NCBI GenBank assembly: GCA_964016885.1
Contig: OZ024747.1
Coordinates: 67,022,001-67,086,000 of the forward strand
Length of the DNA stretch: 64,000 bases
DNA from: Eledone cirrhosa
Lineage: Eukaryota
Direction of reading: 5' to 3'
In this document: positions 1-12,717 of the stretch, in pieces
How the letters are laid out: each line of letters begins with the position of its first letter
Position numbering within the stretch: the stretch's first letter is position 1
The notes under the pieces: model-generated
Told to the model about the DNA's origin: nothing
Database searches by the model: none
The model's input: only the letters and a program-made list of their open reading frames with translations
Made by a program: the position numbers and the translations under genes

Positions 1-128
1 ACCCAGTGCATTACTGGTACTTTATTTTATCGACCCCTAAGGATGAAAGGCAAAGTCAACCTCGGCGGGATTTGAACTCAGATCGTAAAGGGACGTAACT
101 ATGCTGGAAAGCATGGCGTCCGACCCTA
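1..128 (-). mobile_element. tRNA-derived SINE family S1, partial
   Basis: Reverse complement of the S1 body (GAGTTCAAATCCC B box, GCCTTTCATCCTT..GGGGTCGATAAAATAAAGTACCAG) seen intact at 39749 and 51621. Confidence 0.85.
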
Positions 129-254
129 CATAATCAACAACAGTGAATACAGTAGGGGTCACGCAAAGTGAGGGAAACCAAGTGACCAGCTGGGGAAAAT
201 TGTTAATAGAATCATGATGGCATAGCGTAACAAATAACGATTCGGTCATACATA

Positions 255-285
<31 letters not shown>

Positions 286-526
286 CTGTGTGTGTGTGTG
301 TGTGTGTCTGTCTGTCTGTGTGCGTGTGTGTGCGCGCGTGTGTGTGTCTGTGTGTGTGTGTGTGTGCGCGTGTGTGTGCGTGTGTGTCTGTGTGCGTGTG
401 TGTGTTTGTAATTTTCAAAAAGCCGGTATTATGGGGTAGGAAAATACAAAGGGCAAATGATAACAAATAAAATAAAATAAAGATTTACCTGTGTTTCAGC
501 ATGAGATTTCAGAGCTATATATATAT

Positions 527-940
527 ATAGTATAAAGAAAACGAAAAATCAGTGATGCATCTGGACTTAATTTATTGCATGTTACAATTGTTTCTCCGGC
601 TGGTAGCTCGAGACATGATCCTTGTATGTTTCTGGCTGATTCTACTTCTGCAGAGTATTTAGTTTGGAGCAAATTTTATCACTCAGTGATAAAATTTGCT
701 CCAAACGAAATACTCGTGTCTGAATGAACCTGCAGAAGTAGAATCAGCCAGAAACATACAAGGACCATGTCTCGAGCTACCAGCCGGAGAAACAATTGTA
801 ACACACAATAAATTAAGTCCAGATGCATCACTGATTTTTCGTTTTCTTTATACTATCTACACTCTACTCTGATGAATATCGAGTGCTAATTTTGGGGCAT
901 ACCGCCTATGGAAGCACCATAGCTACCATTATACATAACT
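527..940 (+). mobile_element. Fold-back hairpin element in (TA)n with decayed HHR-like fold
   Basis: Arms 527-683 and 685-856 are reverse complements (right arm has about 15 extra bp); unpaired tail 857-940; TA runs on both sides; GTGATAA..TTTG-CTC-CAAA..GAAATAC-TC-GTGTC just right of the turn. Confidence 0.75.
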
Positions 941-955
941 ATATATATATATATA

Positions 956-1005
<50 letters not shown>

Positions 1006-1059
1006 AAAATGTAGCGTTCACGTTTTCAAACAATCGTTCATAATACATACACACTCACT

Positions 1060-1116
<57 letters not shown>

Positions 1117-1233
1117 ATATATATAGAGAGAGAGAGATACATATACACGAACATAGACAAATTCTTTCTTCTCTCTGTATCTACATTTCGATGAAAGAAA
1201 AGCGTCAGGAACATCAATACTATTTTCAAAAAT

Positions 1234-1418
<185 letters not shown>

Positions 1419-2035
1419 AGTGAAAATGTGTAGGTAGATGGGGCCAGCTTTCTGTGTTTGATATATTCCCAGTTATTTGGTGTATTGCAATTAATGCATA
1501 AATGACCTCCGAACACGTAAGATAATCTTCGGGCGAAATCACATATATACAAATACGTATTTGCAATTATATGAATTATTAATTATTGATAAGTAGCATA
1601 AGAGAAGTGCTTTAATTAATGGGCGAATCTATATTAGCATCAGAAGGTGGTCATTATTCAAATCTTATTTTACTACAGATAATGCTTCTACGATTGGCCA
1701 ATTAATAGTTAAAGACTTTTAAGCTTTTCACTAATGGCAAAATGATCAACAGAGGGGAAGAAAAACCACATATTATGCATAGTTGTATGTATAAACTTAA
1801 TTATCTTACTGTGAACTTCAGCTGTCAGCTCTTGGCTAAATTAAACGGAAGACTTTCTGACTGTTATCTCGTCGCCCACACTGCATTTCGTACATGTCAA
1901 AATCATTTACTTCACAATTGATCTATTCCTCTAGATCTAAACAAGTTCATATATATATATATATATAGACCTGTTATGTTTATCTAAAGACATTTTTCCA
2001 ATTCCAACCCGCTATCTGTCTTATTTCTCATTCTT

Positions 2036-2071
2036 TTTTCTGATGAAGAACTAGCGTCCGAAACGTTAAGA
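2036..2071 (+). ncRNA. Minimal type I hammerhead-like motif, family A (mirror copy 2978-3013, minus)
   Basis: CTGATGA-agaactagcgtcc-GAAACGTT-aaga; helix II is damaged here but intact in the homologue at 28124-28159. Confidence 0.6.
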
Positions 2072-2156
2072 CCCTCTTCCTGCTATTTCAAGCGTTAATC
2101 TAATATATTCCTTCCATATACTGTACCGTTTGTGTTGTTATTTTGGTTCACCTTTT

Positions 2157-2892
<736 letters not shown>

Positions 2893-3338
2893 AAAAGGTG
2901 AACCAAAATAACAACACAAACGGTACAGTATATGGAAGGAATATATTAGATTAACGCTTGAAATAGCAGGAAGAGGTTCGTAACGTTTCGGACGCTAGTT
3001 ATTCATCAGAAAAAAGAATGAGAAATAAGACAGATAGCGGGTTGGAATTGGAAAAATGTCTTTAGATAAACATAACAGGTCTATATATATATATATATAT
3101 ATATGAACTTGTTTAGATCTAGAGGAATAGATCAACTGTGAAGTAAATGATTTTGACATGTACGAAATGCAGTGTGGGCGACGAGATAACAGTCAGAAAG
3201 TGTTCCGGTTAATTTAGCCAAGAGCTGACAGCTGAAGTTCACAGTAAGATAATTAAGTTTATACATACAACTATGCATAATATGTGGTTTTTCTTCCCCT
3301 CTGTTGATATGTCCTATATATATATATATATATATATG

Positions 3339-3550
3339 CAAAAGTTCTATTTAAATTGTTGGGATACAACAAGCAAATATTATTATAACTGATATAAAGC
3401 ACTCGACAAATATTTGGAGTGGATATACAATATTAATAAATGGAAACTATATTTATAAAACCATATTTATTTCATTATATATATTTCAAGGATACCAAGT
3501 TAAATCATGGTATGCCTTCATCAGACAAAATACAATATATAACAGTTTTA
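3339..3550 (-). mobile_element. HHR-bearing element family D, abutting (TA)n
   Basis: Homologous to 41806-42016; minus strand 3473-3529 reads CTGATGA-aggcatacc..ggtatcct-t-GAAA-TATA-TA. Confidence 0.75.
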
Positions 3551-4074
3551 CAAATAGATATGGACCAATTACAGTATGACAGAGTCCTTCACACAATTAA
3601 AAATCACAGAAGAGCTGTTCACTTCACTTTAACGACGGAAATTAGATAAATATGTTTAAGAAATTTAAAGGTTTTGATCTCTCTCTCCCTCTCTCTCTCC
3701 ATATATATAAATATATATAGAGAGAGAGGGGTGAGATACAAAAGCTTTAAAAACAAATGCATCTCTCGGGCAGGTAAATGTTTCTGTCATCGAATCATTT
3801 CGTGGTCTCCACATATGGGAAGATTTTGTTTATGGTTGTTAGATCCTTGATAATACATTGCACCTCTAATGTTGGTAGTTTTTTTACAAGATCTTCCGCT
3901 CTTAGACTGATAGTTTTTGCCTCAGAACAAATACATTTCTGGAGAATTATATCGAATCCACAAAGATTAGAATATTTGATATTTGCTGGTGTAATGAAAT
4001 CTTTTGTACAACGAGATTAGGTGGTCAACAACCAATTAAATGTGAAACATTAGCTGTAGCATATTTTATTTTAT

Positions 4075-4356
4075 ATTTTACTGGTTTCAGTCATTAAATG
4101 GATTTAGTCGATTTAATCAGCCATATCAGTGTTTATTTGTTTCAAATCTCGTACTTTTTTTTATAGATCTCGTGTCGTAGAACAGCTAAGTTACAATACA
4201 TAAACAGAGGCACATACACAATATTAAATTTCACTTACAAGACATTTAACAATCCGAAGCTATAATAGAATCCACTTAACCAAAGTGCTACGTAGTGTGT
4301 CTAAAACCGAAGATATCTGGTTGCAAAACGAACGCTGTAACCACACAACTGTGCCT
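4075..4356 (-). mobile_element. Degenerate tRNA-SINE
   Basis: Minus strand starts with tRNA-like head (ggcacagttgtgtggttacagcgttcg) followed by an eroded SINE body. Confidence 0.45.
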
Positions 4357-5289
4357 GATGTATGTTTTATCTAATTGGTGTTGACATAAGCAATATATTA
4401 ATTCTATTTAAACACGGTAATACATGAAATAGATTTATTAAGGAATGTAAACCAGATGAATATTTAAAAACGTATTTTACTTAATTTGCATATTTGAGAT
4501 ATGAATATATGATTAGCTAATATACATATTTAATTAAATATTCAATGGTTGTTCTAAAAGATACAGTTCAGTACAATAGCACAAGTCAACAGAATATACA
4601 ATGTTTGATTAGTGTTCTACTTATAGAACTTCCGATATTTCAGTTATGCATATTAATTAGCTGAGCTAGGTCATTTTTTGTCACTTCTATGTTTGCAGAT
4701 AAAATATTTAATGAAAGTTGCCTTTAAAATGTCTGTTATACAAAGATGCAATTTATTAAATTAAACATTGGTTTGTTTCTACAATAGAAAACGTGTAAAA
4801 GCCGTGATCATTTATATATCTTTTAGTCAATTTATGTCACATTGGTTTCAAATCATTAAAAATCTACGTTTTTACTGCGTGGTCGACAACCAAGTAAACA
4901 ATAACCAAAGTTCATGGCAAGTTTCACTGAATTTTGAAAAATAAAATTGTGTTCATTCCCGAGGATATTGTCTACTTTTAATTCGAATTAAATATGAATC
5001 TGATATTTTCAAAAAATTATTATATCAGATTTTTAAACTTTAAAACAAAAAAATTAAAATGCCCAACACGTCGTTTATACTTACATTTTTGTGTTGTGCC
5101 TACTGGAGGGTTCAGAGTTAGTTTATGTGTCGCATGGAGATACACTTTGCATTTTAACCTATCGGATTTCGTTAGATAAAGTACCAATTTACAGGGGTAG
5201 ATTGTGGAGTGTCAAACAAGATGTTCTGCAGGATCTGTTCCGGCTCTTGGCGCTCTGGGTTCTAATTTCTACCCTTTTCAAATATAATA

Positions 5290-5479
5290 AATAATTGTTT
5301 CTACTTTTGGCACAAGGCCAGCAATTATCCCAGTGCATTACTGGTACTTTATTTTATCGACCCCATAAGGATGAAAGGCAAAGTTAACCTCGGCGGGATT
5401 TGAACTCAAATCATAAAAGAAGGTAACTCTATGATTCAAAGCATGGCGTCCGACCCTCTACCGATACTGCCAATCCACC
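5290..5479 (-). mobile_element. tRNA-derived SINE family S1, full length
   Basis: Near-identical reverse complement of 51621-51812. Confidence 0.9.
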
Positions 5480-5557
5480 TGACGACCTACTACGTTTCGT
5501 CAACACACTAAAATACTAAAAAATAATCAATCATAATAATACGCCAAGTGTGTTTGT

Positions 5558-6680
<1,123 letters not shown>

Positions 6681-6683
6681 GAC

Positions 6684-6723
6684 TAGTACTGTTTCATTCG
6701 TATGTACGAATGAAACAGTTCTA
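6684..6723. repeat. Family B mini fold-back
   Basis: tagtactgtttcattcgta / tacgaatgaaacagttcta; matches the HHR region of 18161-18209. Confidence 0.75.
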
Positions 6724-7574
6724 ATATGTCTCTTGGTGCAAAAGTCAAGTTATTAAAGACTTTTCTAATATTCAACAAATTAACCCGTTACTCCTTTGAT
6801 CCCGATTCTATCATGGGAGCTTTTATTCTTAGTTTGAATTTAAATCATTCTTCATATGTTTCAATTCCATAAATTGAAAAATATAGAAAGTCATGAAATG
6901 CATAAGTTTATAGCAGACATGACAAAACCAGCCACATAATACTGTCTCTTTTGCCAATACCGTGTTTTTTGCAGTACTGCTTTTTGTATCTTTGGGGAAA
7001 AAAGCATATAAAGAACATTGTAGAATAAATGTCTTAAAATGTAGTGATGTGATGCTTACCATAAAATGTGTTAAAGACACGAAGTATTTTGCTCTTTTGG
7101 AAATCGGAAAGCTGCTGTTTTGACATTTTGCTTTGTGACTTGGTAATGTTTCCTTAACGGAAGAAGATAGACCAAAGAATTCTGTTGAAGAATGAAAAAT
7201 AACATAAGATAAATAATAGAATAATGTATGCATGTCATGAAAGAAAAAATGATATATGCATATTTATACATATAAATATATATATATATATATAATATAA
7301 CATATATATATTATATATATATATTGTCGGTACATGTGCATATAAAGAAGCAAATGCAATGTGTGTTTAAATATATGGTAAGACACACATAAAAAGCTAT
7401 AAAGATATAGATCACTACCGAAACTACACTAACTGTGTAAGATTTTAGATTTTATATGTGAGGACAAGACACACAGGTACGCATACATACATACATATAT
7501 CTATATATAGACACACAGGTACGCATACATACATACATATATCTATATATATAGGAGATCGGAGGAATTCGTAG

Positions 7575-7615
<41 letters not shown>

Positions 7616-7622
<7 letters not shown>

Positions 7623-8303
7623 GTTTGAATATGTGTAATAAAGCCAAAACAATGCAGGTATGGACATAGAAAAAAGAATGCAATTGTAAAAGATATTGTT
7701 GACAATTCGTCCTTTACCTTAGATTTATTTAAATGTCCTTAATTTTCGAGATAATATCTCTTCTTCAGAAGGAAATAAATGTCTCAAACCAGCGTTCTAA
7801 ATATCTTGCCAAGCCATGCTGACAGGAAATAGTATAGAGTATCTGTTCTATCTCTAATGTCAAAGAGTTAAAATTAGGTGGATAAAGAGTAGTCTCCCTT
7901 TAAAAGGGGTTTGTTTAGGGTTTTATTTATTTATTTTTTTTTTTATTAAAAAAAAAAACCCTAAACAAACCCCTTTTAAAGGGAGACTACTCTTTATCCA
8001 CCTAATTTTAACTCTTTGACATTAGAGATAGAACAGATACTCTATACTATTTCCTGTCAGCATGGCTTGGCAAGATATTTAGAACGCTGGTTTGAGACCT
8101 TTATTTCCCTCTGAAGAAGAGATATTATCTCGAAAATTAAGGACATTTAAATAAATCTAAGGTAAAGGACGAATTGTCAACAATATCTTTTACAATTGCA
8201 TTCTTTTTTCTATGTCCATACCTGCATTGTTTTGGCTTTATTACACATATTCAAACGTTTATACCTCATTACACAATGCTTCAAGTGAACTATGACCTCC
8301 TCC
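7616..8303 (+). mobile_element. Fold-back hairpin element family E in (TA)n
   Basis: Arms about 7616-7925 and 7950-8263 are near-identical reverse complements; T-run/A-run turn; 40 bp tail; TA runs on both flanks. Confidence 0.9.
8106..8143 (+). ncRNA. Minimal type I hammerhead-like motif (mirror 7736-7773, minus)
   Basis: cct-CTGAAGA-a-GAGAT-att-ATCTC-GAAA-at-TA-agg. Confidence 0.65.
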
Positions 8304-8334
<31 letters not shown>

Positions 8335-8668
8335 AGTGAAACATCAAAACGTTAGAAGATTGAAGATGTCTGCAACGAATTACGTAATAAAATTTGAAGA
8401 TACATCAAATGTACTTTTTTTTTACATATTTAGAACGTTTACAATACACATCGAAAAAGAAGTTAGTTCATACAAGAAATAAATTACAATTTTTTGCAGG
8501 CAGATTTTCAGAAATAGTGATGGTTATGTAAATAGTTTTTGGACTAATCGGTTTCGCAGAATATCTTATCAAATTTTTAATTTTATTCATTTTGGATACA
8601 TAATATATATGCATATATGTATGTATGTTTGTATGTATGTATGTATGTATGTATGTATGTATGTATGT

Positions 8669-9304
8669 CAGGTCACCAGTTGGTGCTACTGGTAACATGT
8701 ATCCCAGTACAACCTGTCTCATGGTCGGGTCGTTGGCGACTAAACTGGCAACCCCACCAAGGTTTCTTGGTGAGGAGGGTGACTTTGGACATCCTGCAGG
8801 ACTAAAAACAAAACCTGTCAAAGGGCAAAGGAGCTCTTAAGAGTCAATGGCCATCCAAAATCACCGGGAGAGATGACCCCTTTAGCCTTAGTCAAGGCAG
8901 AATTCTAGGAGAAGGAAAACTCTGATATAACACCTGCAACCCTGATGGTATCCAATGATGTTGACTTGTTCTTCTTTTTGGTAAATAGCATCTTGGTTAA
9001 GAGAGTGGGACTGGCTTTGTGCAGTGCCTTTGCTCACTATAAAAGCTTCACGGCACAGGCATTGCTTTATATCTGGAGATCTCTCTGCACTTGTCCTCAC
9101 ATGGGCCCAGCACTATGTGTCAATAATTGTCCTACCATGGGCCTAGCACTATGTGTCAATGATTGTCACAGGTGTAGTGTTTGTACCAGAGGTTTCAAGT
9201 CGCTGGCTGGACTAAAAAGTCACACTCGTTCAGCGCTTCGGTAGGGGTTATCCTACATGGATGTAAAGTAGTGGCCGTACTCGAAAACGAGTTGGCAGCC
9301 ACCA
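8669..9304 (+). mobile_element. Non-autonomous, internally deleted RTE-clade element
   Basis: RTE-type 5' UTR (..CTAGGAGAAGGAAAACTCTGA..) joined to terminal zinc finger CSVCTRGFKSLAGLKSH and a 3' end similar to 11770-11806; (TATG)n on both sides. Confidence 0.7.
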
Positions 9305-9338
9305 TGTATGTATGTATGTATGTATGTATGTATGTATG

Positions 9339-10746
9339 TTCTTCTGGTTTTATAATTTCACAAAGTTTTACCAATAGAGAGAGTCGGTTTCTAACATAGA
9401 CACAAGACTCTCTCATTGGAATTTACACAACATCAACTAGGTAGATATGTATGTATGTCTGCATGCATGCATGTGTAGATATGGATGTTATTGTACGTGT
9501 GGATGTGGATGTTTTGAGTTGTATGGGTGCATGTGTATATGCTTTGTATCTGTACGTGTGTATATGCAGTTATTAGATGCAAAATTTTTGGAATGTTCTA
9601 CATATTTTTACTGTTCCATTAGTGGATTGTACTTGTAATTTCCTAACTAATTGTGTTCTTTCTGTTCCTGTGAAGCCTAGCTTCTCAAGATTTGTATTGA
9701 GGCAGTTACTAACATATCCCAGTGCCCCAATAATCACAGGCATAAATCTGAAGGTGTAATCAGGGTGGAGTATCTGCAGATTTCTCATCAGTTCTGCATA
9801 AATATTCTCCTTTTCACTAATCTTTGATATTATATTGGCATCTGCTGGGCAGCTAATTTCCACTACTGTGCATGTTTTCTTCTCCCTGTCCCATATCATA
9901 ATTTCTGCTCTGTTATGCCTGCATTTTATTGGGGTTTTTACTGGAACATTCCACCAGTACTCTTTCATATTATGTACATGGATGTCTTCCACATTGTTGT
10001 AGCTTTTAATGTGTTTGTTATCGGGGCTATCTTTTTTACGAACTGCATTGCACAGTGTTTTGGCCACTACATCATGCCTCATAGGTAGATAGTACCGCGA
10101 TGACATCTTTGGGCAGCTGCTGATGACATGGGTGATATCCTCGATGTTAGTTCTGCAGAGTCTGTACTTGTTATCACATCTAGGTGTTTTGCCTGCATCC
10201 CTATCTCTTTTGTGAATCAGGTATTTCGTGCAAATCTCCTGTTCTTGGATTGCAAAAGCGTATCCTTCAAAGTGGGAGCCAATATAGCGGTTGTTGGTCC
10301 AAGATAGACTACTTTCCTTATCTATATTACTCTCACTCTGGAGCTTCCTGGCAACATATCCATGCATAATTTTTTGCTGATAGGCATGCAGTTTTTCATC
10401 CATGGATTCACTGCGATACTGCTGAGCGACATCCCTGGGTGTGAGTTTTTGATTATCACACAGGGAATATCTCTCAAGGAGTTCCTTCCCAACTCTCATG
10501 ATCTTATCTGTTTCATGCAGATAGACTTGCTCGAGAAGCGGGCTCCTACGCTTCGAGGCTCGTAGATGTTGTCGGAGAGATATGATGCGACATTCAAATG
10601 TTGTCTGGACTGATGTTAGGCCTCTGCCTCCTTGCTTACGTTTCAAGTAAAGGCGGTCTATGTCACTGTTGATGTGGAAGTTTCCGGTGTTGTTCAGTAT
10701 TTTTCGAGTTCCAACATCAACTGCTCGGATTTCGTCTATCGTCCAA
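9339..10746 (-). mobile_element. 5'-truncated R4/Dong-like non-LTR retrotransposon (RLE type)
   Basis: 3' UTR 9339-9572 plus open frame 9573-10746; bounded by (TATG)n on both sides. Confidence 0.85.
9573..10746 (-). CDS. RT thumb, zinc knuckle and restriction-like endonuclease fragment
   Basis: WTIDEIRAVDVGTRKIL..HINSDIDRLYLKRKQGGRGL, YRLC..EDITHVISSCP, RHDVV, HNRAEIMIWD..VEISCPAD..EKENIY, PVIIGALG; frame stays open upstream of the ORF-track start. Confidence 0.85.
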
Positions 10747-10798
10747 TGTATGTATGTATGTATGTATGTATGTATGTATGTATGTATGTATGTATGTA

Positions 10799-11806
10799 TG
10801 TGTCTCAGACGGATCCATGGCGTTCACTGGAGGGACCACATCAGTGATGTCGAGATTTTGGAAAGCTCTATGTGTGACAGTATAGAAGCTCTTGTGCTTA
10901 AGCAACGACTCCGTTGGAGTGGTCACCTTGCCAGGATGAAGGATTCTAGAATACCAAAACAACTCTTTTATGGAGAGTTGGTTAAAGGAAAACGACCGCC
11001 ACATAAACCAAAAAAGAGGTATAAGGATTCCTTGGAAGCATCTCTGCTGATACATGGGAGAATATTGCTGCTGATCGTAATAAATGGAGAAAGACTGTAT
11101 ATGAGGGAAAAGTTGCCTTTGAGGCATCTCGAATCGCATACGAGAAAGTAAAGCGGGATGTGAGAAAGGACATTGCTGTTGCACTTCCAGGCGGCGAGGG
11201 TCCTCCTACGGTGCTGACATGTAGCGTATGTGCGAGACTCTGCCTAAGCAAAGCTGGACTCGAAAGTCATCTTCGCAGTCATAAAGTAAGACCAGTGGTT
11301 GACTACCAGGCTGCTGTTGGAGATGCTACTCATCATGCTTGCCAAACATGTGGTAGAGAATGTAAATCAGCAGGAGGGCTCAAGCGACATGCAAAAGTAC
11401 ATGAACTCCAACCACAGCCGGCTATTCCCAGTGAATGTTTTGGTTGCAGACTCTGTGCAAGACATTTTAGATCATTGGCTGGGCTAAAAAGCCACATTCG
11501 ATCGCAGCGCTGTTAGTTGCTATCGTGTGTGTGTGTGTGTGTAGATACACTTGTGTGTGCGTGTGTGTGTATATATATATGTATATGTATATTATTATTG
11601 TTGTCGTCGTTATTATTATTGTTGTTATTATTATTATTATTATTGTTATTAATGTATGTGTGTGTGTATATGTGTGTGTGGGTGTGTGGGTGTGTGTATG
11701 TGTATGTATATGTATATATATATATATATTTTTTTTATTTATTATTATTATTTTTTTTTTTTTCCTCGTGCAATGGCCATACTCGATAAGGAGGGGGCAG
11801 CTATCA
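10799..11806 (+). mobile_element. 3' fragment of RTE/BovB-like LINE with three C2H2 zinc fingers
   Basis: CLRRIHGVHWRDHIS..QRLRWSGHLARM..IPKQLFYGEL..KRYKDSL; frameshift near 11040; three CxxC..GL..H fingers at 11160-11516; (TATG)n tail. Confidence 0.88.
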
Positions 11807-12015
11807 TGTATGTATGTATGTATGTATGTATGTATGTATGTATGTATGTATGTATGTGCATTTGGTCGCTTTTCTTGGTGTTACATTTTCTTAACTTTGT
11901 ATTCACTCTGGACGAAAATGTATTACACATTTTCGCACCATTAAGTGTTTTTCTGACTGCCTCAAACAATTCGATTGGTGTCTTCTATATTGCGGCTACA
12001 ACGATTTATGCCTAT

Positions 12016-12046
<31 letters not shown>

Positions 12047-12066
12047 ATGTGTGTGTGTGTGTGTGT

Positions 12067-12175
12067 TTATCCCGAGTTCAATCGGGGGAAACCACAGTAA
12101 GTAAGGTACTCAATACATAGCAAAGTATATGATTTCTCCCGAATGAAACAGTTCTAGTCCTGTAAAACCCATTTT
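12067..12175. mobile_element. Family B element, internally deleted fold-back
   Basis: Family B tail (..ACCACAGTAAGTAAGGTACTCAATAC) joined to the inverted HHR half tgatttctcccgaatgaaacagttctagtcctgta. Confidence 0.75.
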
Positions 12176-12187
12176 ATATATATATAT

Positions 12188-12386
12188 AACGAAGGAGGTG
12201 TGGTAAGGGACCAGATAGACCATAACGCACCAGAGTACTCAATACTTAGGGTAGTAGAGTGGGTAATAGGAAAATGTTTAACCCCGACGGCAGAGCTCAA
12301 GCCGTTTCGACAGCTATTTCTGGACTTCTGAGTCCAGAAATACCCGTCGAAACGGCTTGAGCTCTACCGTCGGGGTTAAACATGTT

Positions 12387-12390
<4 letters not shown>
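12188..12390 (-). mobile_element. Family C fold-back element in (TA)n
   Basis: Tail 12188-12266; arms 12267-12326 and 12331-12390; GAAACGGC..GCCGTC helix III; homologues at 15975, 26122 and 49959. Confidence 0.9.
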
Positions 12391-12436
<46 letters not shown>

Positions 12437-12469
12437 TTTACATATATATATACATACACATACATATAC

Positions 12470-12618
12470 GTGTTTTGCAACTGGTCACTTTTTGGCTCAA
12501 TGAAAATTAATAAATTAAACAATCAGAGCTATATATCATAAAACATGTCTATAGAATCACAAGATAAGGGAGAGGAAATAATATATATTTTATCTTGTGA
12601 CTCTATAGACATGTTTTA

Positions 12619-12626
<8 letters not shown>
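12470..12626. repeat. Small hairpin element in (TA)n
   Basis: Arms 12531-12567 and 12590-12626, with an unpaired left tail 12470-12530. Confidence 0.7.

Positions 12627-12710
<84 letters not shown>

Positions 12711-12717
<7 letters not shown>

Noticed and set aside
7616-8263. Treating the palindromes as classic MITEs
   Set aside because: They have one-sided tails, variable turn points and ribozyme folds, and no transposase-type TIR ends
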